This document shows positions 27,699 through 35,898 of a stretch of DNA of 64,000 nucleotides, piece by piece (the stretch's first letter is position 1; each line of letters opens with the position of its first letter). Source of the DNA: Acidobacteriota bacterium (GTDB lineage: Bacteria > Acidobacteriota > UBA6911); contig JBGQNR010000004.1 in the NCBI GenBank assembly GCA_041501225.1, forward strand, positions 11,466 to 75,465, read 5' to 3'. A program made the translations under genes and the position numbers. Under the pieces are notes generated by a model. The model was not told the origin of the DNA and did not search any database. It saw only the letters and a list, made by a program, of their open reading frames with translations.

Positions 27699-27883
27699 GC
27701 CCTTTCAGGGCTCTTGCCAGCTCGATCCCCTGTTCCCAGGGCTCACGCCCTGGGCTTTGCTGCGCCACCCCTTCGGGGTTTTCGCAGTCGTAAAATGCTC
27801 AGCCCTGAAAGGGCGGGACAGGACAGCCCAGGGCGCAAGCCCTGGGTTGAGGTGCGGAGAACTCAAGCCCTGAAAGGGCACAG
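27699..27883. repeat. Composite GC-rich palindromic repeat (CCCTGAAAGGGC / AGCCCAGGGCGCAAGCCCTGGG family), copy 1
   Basis: Half H2 (27699-27780) and half H1 (27800-27883) are approximate reverse complements. The same halves recur at 59358-59537 in the opposite order. Confidence 0.85.
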
Positions 27884-27929
27884 AAATAGACGAGTTGATC
27901 GGCACCGTAATTGGTCCTATTTTCGGAAT

Positions 27930-27995
27930 AGAGCGCGCAGAGAGCAAAACTCATTTCCTCTGCGTCATCTGCGCGCTCTGCGTTGAGGGTTTTGG
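27930..27995. repeat. CTCTGCG-family hairpin element
   Basis: AGAGCGCGCAGA 27930-27941 pairs perfectly with TCTGCGCGCTCT 27968-27979. The tail is CTCTGCGTTGAGGGTTTTGG. Confidence 0.75.
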
Positions 27996-28018
27996 TTGCG
28001 GAAAATGCCGTTTGCCTG

Positions 28019-29362
28019 TTATCGGATCAGATAATTTACTCCATTCCAGAAGAGCAGGATGGGCACACCCGAAGCGTGCAACTGGGCCAAATCCGGTTCC
28101 TTGGCGAGGATGTCCGCGTAGTCTTTTGAATCGCGGACGATCTCGTGCGCCGGCGCTTTAGTGTGCGCCACGCACCCGGCATCCACCCAGTAGTTCGGTG
28201 TCCGGTACAAGAGCCGCTGGCCGATTTTCTTCGCGTTGTTGCCGGCTGGATCTTTCGTCATCAGAAGGCGCGCTTCCTCGAGCGCCAGGCTTACACGGTT
28301 GTCCTTCGCGTCCGTGACCGATGAGCGCAGCGCCAGGATCCTCTTATCCCCAGCCTGTATAGCGGCCTTGGCTGGCTGGGCCTGCTGACCGTTCTGTGTC
28401 TTTTGGTCCGGCTCCACGCGCTTCTTCTCATCGGCAGCCTGCAGAACCACGCCGCCTCCCCGCTCCCCTTGCGCCACTGTGGCTTGCGCCTTGATTGCGC
28501 TCACCTGGTCTAGGGCGGCCTGCTGGTTGAGTTGGGCGGTTTGCTGAATCGCCGGGTTGACTTGCTGAGCGATTTGACTGGATGGCCGGCTCACGGCCTC
28601 GGCCTTCATCTTCGCCTCCTCGGGCCGGTTGGCTGCCATCTCCATTTTCAGCGCTTTATTGTCCGCATTGAGTAGCACTCTTTGCTGCAAGTCTGCTTTC
28701 GTGTTCTCTCCCACCGCAAGTTTTGAGGCATCCGCATAAGCGGGCGCTTGGGGGCGTGCAAGATTCCCGGCTTCCAGGACTAGTTGGTTCGAGACAGCAG
28801 CCGGCGGCGTGACAGGCTGCGGCTTCGGAGCCGGCTGGCCGCTCTGTGCCTGGGCGGGCATGCCGGTCGCATTGGTAGATACAACGCCAACGGAAGCGGC
28901 AGGGGCTGCAGTGGGGGGTGTTCTTGTTTCCTTAGAGCTCATCGCAGCCCCAGGCCCGACGGAGACATCATATTGATTTTGTCTGGCAGCGATTTGAGGT
29001 TTCTGCATGGGCTGCTGAGACTGTCGGGTCGCCTGGAACAACAACGCACCGACAACCACGACCACGGCAGCCGCAAAGACGAGGCGAATCGGAGAGGTGC
29101 GATAGGTAAAACTCCGGGGCTCGGGAGCAGCGGGGACAGCGATGCTCTCCTCCGCCGCGTCCAGCTGCAAGGAGAGTGCCAACGCCTCCTGGCATGCAGC
29201 GCAGTCCGCGGCGTGCTCCTCGAAACGAGCCGTTTCGTCCGGGGTCAAATGCGCTTCCAGGAATGCGGCGAGTTCATTGGCATCGGGGCATGGTCCCGGC
29301 ACATTCCCGCGCCGCCGGCTCAGGATACGCCGGATGGCTTCCTCGATGTGTGGTTGGTTCAT
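28019..29362 (-). CDS. Anti-sigma factor (zf-HC2 N-terminus, single TM, long low-complexity periplasmic region, unknown C-terminal domain)
   Basis: HxxxCxxC in FEEHAADCAACQEAL. TM segment IRLVFAAAVVVVVGALLF. A/Q/P-rich spacer. About 130 aa of C-terminal globular part. Confidence 0.8.
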   Translation of the reverse strand: MNQPHIEEAIRRILSRRRGNVPGPCPDANELAAFLEAHLTPDETARFEEHAADCAACQEALALSLQLDAAEESIAVPAAPEPRSFTYRTSPIRLVFAAAVVVVVGALLFQATRQSQQPMQKPQIAARQNQYDVSVGPGAAMSSKETRTPPTAAPAASVGVVSTNATGMPAQAQSGQPAPKPQPVTPPAAVSNQLVLEAGNLARPQAPAYADASKLAVGENTKADLQQRVLLNADNKALKMEMAANRPEEAKMKAEAVSRPSSQIAQQVNPAIQQTAQLNQQAALDQVSAIKAQATVAQGERGGGVVLQAADEKKRVEPDQKTQNGQQAQPAKAAIQAGDKRILALRSSVTDAKDNRVSLALEEARLLMTKDPAGNNAKKIGQRLLYRTPNYWVDAGCVAHTKAPAHEIVRDSKDYADILAKEPDLAQLHASGVPILLFWNGVNYLIR

Positions 29363-29384
29363 AACTCACCCTTAGTAAGGACGA

Positions 29385-30401
29385 TCATATGGTCCCGCCT
29401 TGCAGCTTTTTTTGAATCGGAATGCCTGCCGACGCAGGTTTCAGCGCAGATTCGAGCATCGGGTCTGCGCTCTCCGCCACCCAACGCCACAAAGATCCCA
29501 GCTCGCGGGCATTGAGCCCGTGCACTTTGCGCAGCTCCCGCTCGACGTTTTTGCGAATTTCCCGGCGCGCACGCTCGAGCCAGCGCGAAACTGTGGCTTC
29601 ATGCACGCCGAAACGGAGGCCAATCGCCTTGAGGGAGATGCCCTCGAGGTGATAAAGGCCGAGAATGAGACGGTTTCGGGCGCTCAGCCGCTCGATTTCC
29701 TTCCGGACACACGCCGCCAGCACGGGCCCCCAACGGGCATCCAGCCGCGCCGCCGCCGCGTCAGCAGGTCCAGGATTCGGTGCGCAGGGCAAACCCGCCT
29801 TTTCCTCCAATTCATCCAGCGAGACTTGTTTCCTCGCCCGCCGGAAGCGATCGATCGCCGCGTGCGCCACCGCAGCCCGCAGCCAGCCCGCAAGCGAACC
29901 GCGGCCGTTGTAGCTTTGCAGCTTCCCTTTGGACACCCCCGACGCAGGCTCAGGTTCGTTTCCTTGACCCGCGGTTTGAGTCGCTGCATGACTTTCACCA
30001 AGCAGGACTGCGACAATCTCATGCGCCAGATCCTCACCTGCATCACAATTCCGGCAGGCTTGTGCGGCAAAGCGCTTTAGCAAAGGCAGGTACTGGTCTG
30101 CAAAATGTTCCCATGCTATGCGGTCGCCTCGAGTACACGCCACCGCTAGAAACAGGTCTTCGTGGCACATCTGCCGTAGTAAAGAAAGGCAGTCGGAGCA
30201 TGCCTGAAAGCTGCCGGCCGGGTTCCTGCCCACTTCCCCGGTAGCGTGAGTCCCATGGCCGGCGGTCAGGATCTCTACCACACGTGCGCAGAAAGGCTCA
30301 AACGGGAGATCGACCGTCGGATAGCGGCGCTGGCAGCGTTCGAAAACTGCACGGATTTCCCTGAGTTTATCCATCGACAGCATATCTGCCTGTCCAACCA
30401 C
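29385..30401 (-). CDS. ECF-like sigma-70 family factor with about 90-aa N-terminal extension
   Basis: Region 2-like HEDLFLAVACTRGDRIAWEHFADQYLPLLKRFA...DLAHEIVAVLL. Region 4 HTH GISLKAIGLRFGVHEATVSRWLERARREIR. The anti-sigma gene lies 22 nt downstream. Confidence 0.85.
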   Translation of the reverse strand: MVGQADMLSMDKLREIRAVFERCQRRYPTVDLPFEPFCARVVEILTAGHGTHATGEVGRNPAGSFQACSDCLSLLRQMCHEDLFLAVACTRGDRIAWEHFADQYLPLLKRFAAQACRNCDAGEDLAHEIVAVLLGESHAATQTAGQGNEPEPASGVSKGKLQSYNGRGSLAGWLRAAVAHAAIDRFRRARKQVSLDELEEKAGLPCAPNPGPADAAAARLDARWGPVLAACVRKEIERLSARNRLILGLYHLEGISLKAIGLRFGVHEATVSRWLERARREIRKNVERELRKVHGLNARELGSLWRWVAESADPMLESALKPASAGIPIQKKLQGGTI

Positions 30402-30648
30402 TTGATAAGATCCGTTTCAAAGCGGGTCGGCACGACACGTCGGGTGCATTGTCCATAGCCCTGTCGAATCCATGGTTTCTACAAGGCGCCTGACCGCTTG
30501 CTCCAAGATCGACCTGGAAGTGATTCTAATCTTCCAGGATCCGGTTCCGCAAGGTGCGCGTGCCGCCATTCAAAAACTCGATTTTGCGGGCAAAACGCCG
30601 TGTGGTAGTATGCGGGATCTGATATTAAGGAAAGGATCCCCATTTTCG

Positions 30649-31914
30649 ATGTCCGTCAAGATTCTGACCACCAACTTGCATGTCCCCAATCTTACGCACA
30701 TCGACGTCTACGAATCGCTGGGCGGTTACCAGGCGCTGCGCAAGGTTCTGCGCGAATACACGCCTGCCCAGGTGACCGAAATTGTGAAGAAGTCGGGACT
30801 GCGCGGGCGCGGTGGTGCAGGATTTCCGACCGGGATGAAGTGGGGGTTTGTTCCTAAGAACTCGGGAAAGCCGGTTTATTTGTGCGTCAACGGCGACGAA
30901 AGCGAGCCGGGCACCTTCAAGGACCGTGTCATCATCGATAATGATCCGCACCAGTTGATCGAAGGAACCATCATTTCGGCCTTTGCCTTGGATTGTCATC
31001 TGGCGTTTATTTTTCTTCGCGGGGAGTTCTTCTACGGGGCCGAAGTTGTTCAGAAGGCATTGAACGAAGCCTACACACAGGGATACCTTGGCAGGAACAT
31101 CCTTGGTTCGGACTATCACCTGGAGATCATATTGCACCGTGGAGCCGGAGCCTATATCTGCGGTGAGGAAACGGCTCTGCTCGAATGCATCGAGGGAAGG
31201 CGCGGACACCCGAGGCTGAAGCCGCCATTTCCGGCCGTGGTCGGCTTGTACCAATGTCCGACCGTCATCAACAATGTGGAGACGTTGGCAAACATCCCCC
31301 ATATCATCAACAATGGAGCCGACTGGTTTGCCGGCATCGGCACGGAGCGCAACGCGGGAACCCGGCTCTTCGGGGTCAGCGGGCATGTGCAGAAACCGGG
31401 TGTATATGAGTTCCCGATGGGGATCACCCTGCGTGAGCTGATCTATGACCACTGCGGCGGCATTCGCGGCGGGCGCAAGCTCAAGGCCGTGGTTCCCGGG
31501 GGTTCTTCAGTTCCGGTCCTGACTGCAGACCAGGTCGATGTGCACCTGGACTTCGATTCCGTCGCCAAAGCCGGCAGTATGCTCGGCTCGGCCGGGGTGA
31601 TCGTCATGGACGAGACCACGTGCATGGTAAAGGCGGTGCGGCGCATCACCAAATTCTATGCCGAGGAATCCTGCGGGCAGTGCACCCAATGCCGTGAGGG
31701 TACCGAGTGGCTCTACCAGATCCTGACCCGCCTGGAAAAAGGCATGGGCAAGCCGGGTGAACTCGAGATCATGCTCGACATCTGCACCAATATGAAGGGT
31801 CGCACGATCTGCCCGCTCTCGGATGCGGCCGCCATGCCCGTGGAAAGCTATATCCGCGAGTTCTACGACGAATTCGCAGCCCACATCCAAAAGCAGCGCT
31901 GCACCGTAGCCTGA
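30649..31914 (+). CDS. nuoF: NADH-quinone oxidoreductase subunit F-like flavoprotein (stand-alone)
   Basis: GRGGAGFPTGMKW, GAGAYICGEETALLE, and 4Fe-4S ligands ESCGQCTQCREG...CPLSD. ATG 30649 is preferred over 30472. Confidence 0.9.
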   Translation: MSVKILTTNLHVPNLTHIDVYESLGGYQALRKVLREYTPAQVTEIVKKSGLRGRGGAGFPTGMKWGFVPKNSGKPVYLCVNGDESEPGTFKDRVIIDNDPHQLIEGTIISAFALDCHLAFIFLRGEFFYGAEVVQKALNEAYTQGYLGRNILGSDYHLEIILHRGAGAYICGEETALLECIEGRRGHPRLKPPFPAVVGLYQCPTVINNVETLANIPHIINNGADWFAGIGTERNAGTRLFGVSGHVQKPGVYEFPMGITLRELIYDHCGGIRGGRKLKAVVPGGSSVPVLTADQVDVHLDFDSVAKAGSMLGSAGVIVMDETTCMVKAVRRITKFYAEESCGQCTQCREGTEWLYQILTRLEKGMGKPGELEIMLDICTNMKGRTICPLSDAAAMPVESYIREFYDEFAAHIQKQRCTVA

Positions 31915-31926
31915 TTACCCTCTACT

Positions 31927-33327
31927 TCAATCTGAAAGGCGGTGACAGCGTTTGAATTTTCTCCCGCTGCCGCACGGGCATGGATCGTTGCGCCCCGTCC
32001 TGCCGAAAGCCTGCTGCAGGCGGGCATCTTCTGCAGCATAGATGCCCATGATTTGGGCAGGGGCCTGCTCGCGACGCAACAATTCCGCCATGATGCGCAT
32101 AGGTTGGTCGACATGGCGGAAGAACCGCTTGTAGCCTGCGCACAAATAATTCAGACCGGCCTCGCCGTCCGGAGTCTGGATGAACCGATCCTTGGGACAG
32201 CCGCCATGGCAGGCAAAGCGCACATCACAGCGCAGGCAATACTGCGGCAGGGTGTCACGTTTGTACTCGCCGAACCGGCGCTGCTTCTCGGAAGTGACCA
32301 GCTCGAGCACGGATTGTTCGCCAATGTTTCCCAGCCGGTAATCCGGCTCAACGAAATGGTCGCATGAATACAGATCGCCATTGTGTTCCAATGCCGGAGC
32401 GCCGCCGCACGTTTCGGCATGGATGCAGAGTCCTGGCGGAGCGCCGCACCAGTTGGCCAAGGCTACGTCAAACATCTGCACGTATACTCGGCCGACGTCG
32501 CGCCGCACCCACCCCTCAAAAACGTCGATCAAGAACTGGCCGTATTGTTCCGCGGTCACTGACCGATCGCTCACCTGGTCACCCTCCTGGGTATACAAGG
32601 GACGATTGCGCCAGGAGCGCCGATCTGCGCTTCTTGCGGCGCTGATGCTGTTCACCTCCCCGATGTGCGCCGGGACGGCACGCTCAACGATGGGAATGAA
32701 CTGGATGAACTGTGTTCGGCATTCATCGCGCAGAAAACGGTAGACCGCGAGGGGCTGTTGGGCATTGGCACGGTGAATTGTAGTCAAGATGTTGTGCTCT
32801 ACCTTGTGGTTCTGCAGAAATGCGAGACCGCGCATCACCTGGTCGAAAGTGCCATGGCCGCCCTTGTCCCAGCGATATGCGTCATGCATTGCGCGCGGGC
32901 CATCGATGCTGATGCCGACTAGAAAATCGTTTTCCTTGAAGAAGGCTCCCCATGAGTCGTCGAGCAGCGTCCCGTTGGTCTGGATGGTGTTGATGATCCT
33001 CGTCTCAGGGCCGCAGTATTTTTTCTGATATTCGATCGAATGCTGGAAGAAATCGAGCCCCATCAGGGTTGGCTCGCCGCCCTGCCAAGCGACAAAAACC
33101 TCGGGAGATCTGTGCGCTTTCAGCAACTGGCGGATATAGCGCTCCAGCATTTCGTCCGTCATGCGGAAACGGCTGCCCGGGTACAGCATTTCTTTTGAAA
33201 GGAAGAAGCAGTAGGCACAATCAAGATTGCAGATCGCGCCGGTCGGCTTGGCGAGCAGGTGAAAGGCGAACGGGGCTCCGTTCGAAGCCGTCAATCCAAT
33301 GGGCGTCGCGCCTGTTTCCGTACTCAT
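31927..33327 (-). CDS. Radical SAM / SPASM enzyme of the anaerobic sulfatase-maturase type with C-terminal SEC-C motif
   Basis: CNLDCAYCFF (Cx3Cx2C), GGEPTL. Cys-rich SPASM part (CIHAETCGG...YSCDHF, CLRCDVRFACHGGCPKDR). C-terminal DPCPCGSGRKFKRCH. ATG 33327 is preferred over ORF-track 33924. Confidence 0.8.
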   Translation of the reverse strand: MSTETGATPIGLTASNGAPFAFHLLAKPTGAICNLDCAYCFFLSKEMLYPGSRFRMTDEMLERYIRQLLKAHRSPEVFVAWQGGEPTLMGLDFFQHSIEYQKKYCGPETRIINTIQTNGTLLDDSWGAFFKENDFLVGISIDGPRAMHDAYRWDKGGHGTFDQVMRGLAFLQNHKVEHNILTTIHRANAQQPLAVYRFLRDECRTQFIQFIPIVERAVPAHIGEVNSISAARSADRRSWRNRPLYTQEGDQVSDRSVTAEQYGQFLIDVFEGWVRRDVGRVYVQMFDVALANWCGAPPGLCIHAETCGGAPALEHNGDLYSCDHFVEPDYRLGNIGEQSVLELVTSEKQRRFGEYKRDTLPQYCLRCDVRFACHGGCPKDRFIQTPDGEAGLNYLCAGYKRFFRHVDQPMRIMAELLRREQAPAQIMGIYAAEDARLQQAFGRTGRNDPCPCGSGRKFKRCHRLSD

Positions 33328-33664
33328 CTGCCGCCTTTCGCTCGGTTCATGCTGGTCGAGTGCCAATGTCAGGGATAGATCTGCACCATTCGGGCGGTCT
33401 TCTCCGAGTTGTGGCATCAGCGCGAGACACAGCGAGCCACGCTCCGGGCTATTGTATACCAGGGATATTGCCAATGGCAGCAGCAGCTGTGGAACACAAC
33501 AGGCGCCATCTTCAAAAGAGTTTGAGGAGTAGTGTGGTTTCCATGCGGATGTGCACCCAGCGGGTTCATTCCTCGGGCATTTTGCCGAACGTCCAGTATT
33601 AACGTGGACGATGTGGCACTTCGTTGACAGCCCCTGGACCCTATGATATACGGGAAACCGCTTT

Positions 33665-34465
33665 ATGCCCGGCGAGCTACCTATGGATCCAAAACTGCTC
33701 CAACATGTTTCCCTTGAAGGCCGGGTAGCGGTCATTTCAGGCGCTGCCTCCGGCATAGGCTTGGGCACAGCCCAACGTCTCGCCGAGTTCGGCGCCACAG
33801 TCGCCCTGCTCGATATCCAGGAAAGAAAAGGAAAACAGGCGGAAGCAGCCTTGTTTGCGATTGGCCGGCGTGCCCGATTTATCCGCTGCGATGTCCGCTC
33901 GAGCGCAGACTGCCGCCGCGCCATCGAAGAGACGGTTCACTACTTCGGCCGCATCGACATTCTGTTCAATAACGCAGGCCTGGTCATCAGGAAGAATACC
34001 GTCGACCTGGAGGAAAAGGAGTGGGATCTTGCGATGGAGGTCATGCTCAAGGGGACCTACCTGTTATCCCACTTCGCCATCCCCCACATGATCGCCGCCG
34101 GGGGCGGGAGCATCATCAACATGGGCTCCGGCTGGGCTCTGAAGGGTGGTCCGGATGCTGTCTCCTACTGCGCCGCCAAAGGTGGCATCCTCAACATGAC
34201 CCGGGCCATGGCCATCGATCTCGGCCGCCATGGAATCCGGGTCAACTGCGTATGCCCGGGAGATGTGGACACGCCCCTGCTACGGAGCGAGTGCTCGCAG
34301 CTGGGCCAGAATGAGGACGAATTTATGGCGGACGCCGCCCGCCGGCCCCTGGCTCGCGTAGGAACGCCCGAGGACGTAGCCAACGTCGTGCTATTTTTTG
34401 CAGGCGACCTTTCAAGATGGGTGACCGGCGCTTTCCTCGTCGTGGACGGCGGCGGCATCGCGTAA
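33665..34465 (+). CDS. SDR family oxidoreductase
   Basis: VISGAASGIGLG (TGxxxGxG), NNAG, YCAAK (YxxxK), PGDVDTP. Confidence 0.9.
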   Translation: MPGELPMDPKLLQHVSLEGRVAVISGAASGIGLGTAQRLAEFGATVALLDIQERKGKQAEAALFAIGRRARFIRCDVRSSADCRRAIEETVHYFGRIDILFNNAGLVIRKNTVDLEEKEWDLAMEVMLKGTYLLSHFAIPHMIAAGGGSIINMGSGWALKGGPDAVSYCAAKGGILNMTRAMAIDLGRHGIRVNCVCPGDVDTPLLRSECSQLGQNEDEFMADAARRPLARVGTPEDVANVVLFFAGDLSRWVTGAFLVVDGGGIA

Positions 34466-34500
34466 GGCCTCCCTGAGAAATTCTTCTTCACGAGGTGTGC

Positions 34501-35898
34501 ATGAGTGACGAACAGCCTTTCATCCATCCCTATATCCCGAATGCCGTCCCTGAGGTCAAGGAGCGGATGCTGCAGGAGATCGGCGTCCGAAGTACCGACG
34601 ATCTGTATGCGGACATTCCGGAGCGGCTTAGGTTTCCCGGCCGGATGAACCTTCCCGAGCCTCTCATGTCGGAAGCAGCCCTGAAGCGGCACGTCGAAAA
34701 GATTCTGAACCGGAACCGGTCATGCGCCGAATCGTTGAGCTTTCTCGGTGGCGGTTGCTGGCCGCATTACGTTCCCGCGGTATGCGATGAAATCAACCGC
34801 CGCTCCGAATTCCTGACCGCCTATGCGGGAGAGCCCTACGAAGATCACGGACGATTCCAGTCCCTCTTCGAGTACGAAAGCATGATGGCTGAACTCCTGG
34901 ATATGGACGTCGTCAATGTTCCGACCTTCGACTGGTGCCAGGCCGCAAGCACTTCGATAAGGATGGCTGGCCGGATCACCAAAAGAAATGAAGCCCTCGT
35001 TTCCGACACCATCGGTCCCGACCGCTTGCAGGTCATGCAGAATTACTGTCGCGGGGTGATGAGCATCGTCCAGGTTCGCCACAATGCGGCAACCGGTTTA
35101 ATGGACCTCGACGACCTGGCCGCCAAATTCACGGAGAGAACTGCGGCCATCTATTTCGAGAATCCCTCCTATCTTGGCTTCCTTGAAACCCAGGGAGAAC
35201 AGATCGCTGCCATCGCTCATTCCCGGGGAGGCCTGTGTGTTGTGGGCGTGGATCCCATTTCCCTGGGAGTCATGGCTCCGCCAAGCCATTACGGCGCCGA
35301 TATTGTTTGCGGTGACGTTCAGCCTCTCGGCGTGCACATGAACTTCGGCGGCGGCCAGGCTGGATTTATCTCCACTCGCGACGAAGAAAGATTCGTCATG
35401 GAGTATCCTTCACGCCTCTTCGGCATCGCAAAAACTGCCGTCGAGGGCGAGTGGGGCTTCGGCGATGTGGCCTATGACCGAACGTCGTTCGGCGTCCGGG
35501 AAAAGGGCAAGGAGTTCGTCGGGACTGCGGCCGCGCTGTGGGGCATCACTGCCGGCGTCTATCTTGCACTGATGGGCCCCCAGGGCATGGAGGATATCGG
35601 CCGTCACATCCTGCAGAAGTCCCAATATGCCATGAAAAAGATCGCCGGGATATTGGGACTTCGCGCCCCGCGCTTCCGGTCGGCGCATTTCAAGGAGTTT
35701 GTGGTTGATTTCACGGCGACCGGGAAGACGGTTGCCGAGGTCAACGAAGCTCTTCGGGATCGGGGGATCTTCGGCGGGAAGGACCTGGGTGGTGATTTTC
35801 CCGAGCTTGCCGACAACGCGCTCTATTGCATCACCGAAGTCCACACCAAGGAAGATATCGACACCCTGGTCGGCGCACTCAAGGAGGTGCTCCGATGA
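34501..35898 (+). CDS. gcvPA: Glycine dehydrogenase (aminomethyl-transferring) subunit 1
   Basis: FIHPYIPN...SFLGGGCWPHYVPA...TAYAGEPYE, paired with subunit 2. ATG 34501. Confidence 0.92.
   Translation: MSDEQPFIHPYIPNAVPEVKERMLQEIGVRSTDDLYADIPERLRFPGRMNLPEPLMSEAALKRHVEKILNRNRSCAESLSFLGGGCWPHYVPAVCDEINRRSEFLTAYAGEPYEDHGRFQSLFEYESMMAELLDMDVVNVPTFDWCQAASTSIRMAGRITKRNEALVSDTIGPDRLQVMQNYCRGVMSIVQVRHNAATGLMDLDDLAAKFTERTAAIYFENPSYLGFLETQGEQIAAIAHSRGGLCVVGVDPISLGVMAPPSHYGADIVCGDVQPLGVHMNFGGGQAGFISTRDEERFVMEYPSRLFGIAKTAVEGEWGFGDVAYDRTSFGVREKGKEFVGTAAALWGITAGVYLALMGPQGMEDIGRHILQKSQYAMKKIAGILGLRAPRFRSAHFKEFVVDFTATGKTVAEVNEALRDRGIFGGKDLGGDFPELADNALYCITEVHTKEDIDTLVGALKEVLR

Noticed and set aside
33624-33652. 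TTGACA-N17-TATACG promoter-like pair upstream of the SDR gene.
   Set aside because: The -10 candidate ends only 12 nt before the annotated ATG (33665), with no SD. The geometry is plausible only if the start is a later codon, so it is too uncertain to list as a feature.
31927-33924. N-terminal extensions given by the ORF track for several genes: rSAM 665 aa, htpX from 25857, nuoF from 30472, ileS from 21888, lspA from 19105, cdsA from 50139, rseP from 52271, pyrE from 47696, and the memo-like gene from 45513.
   Set aside because: The extensions have non-protein-like composition, overlap neighbouring genes or repeats, and lack an SD. Internal ATGs with SD-like sequences give family-typical N-termini.
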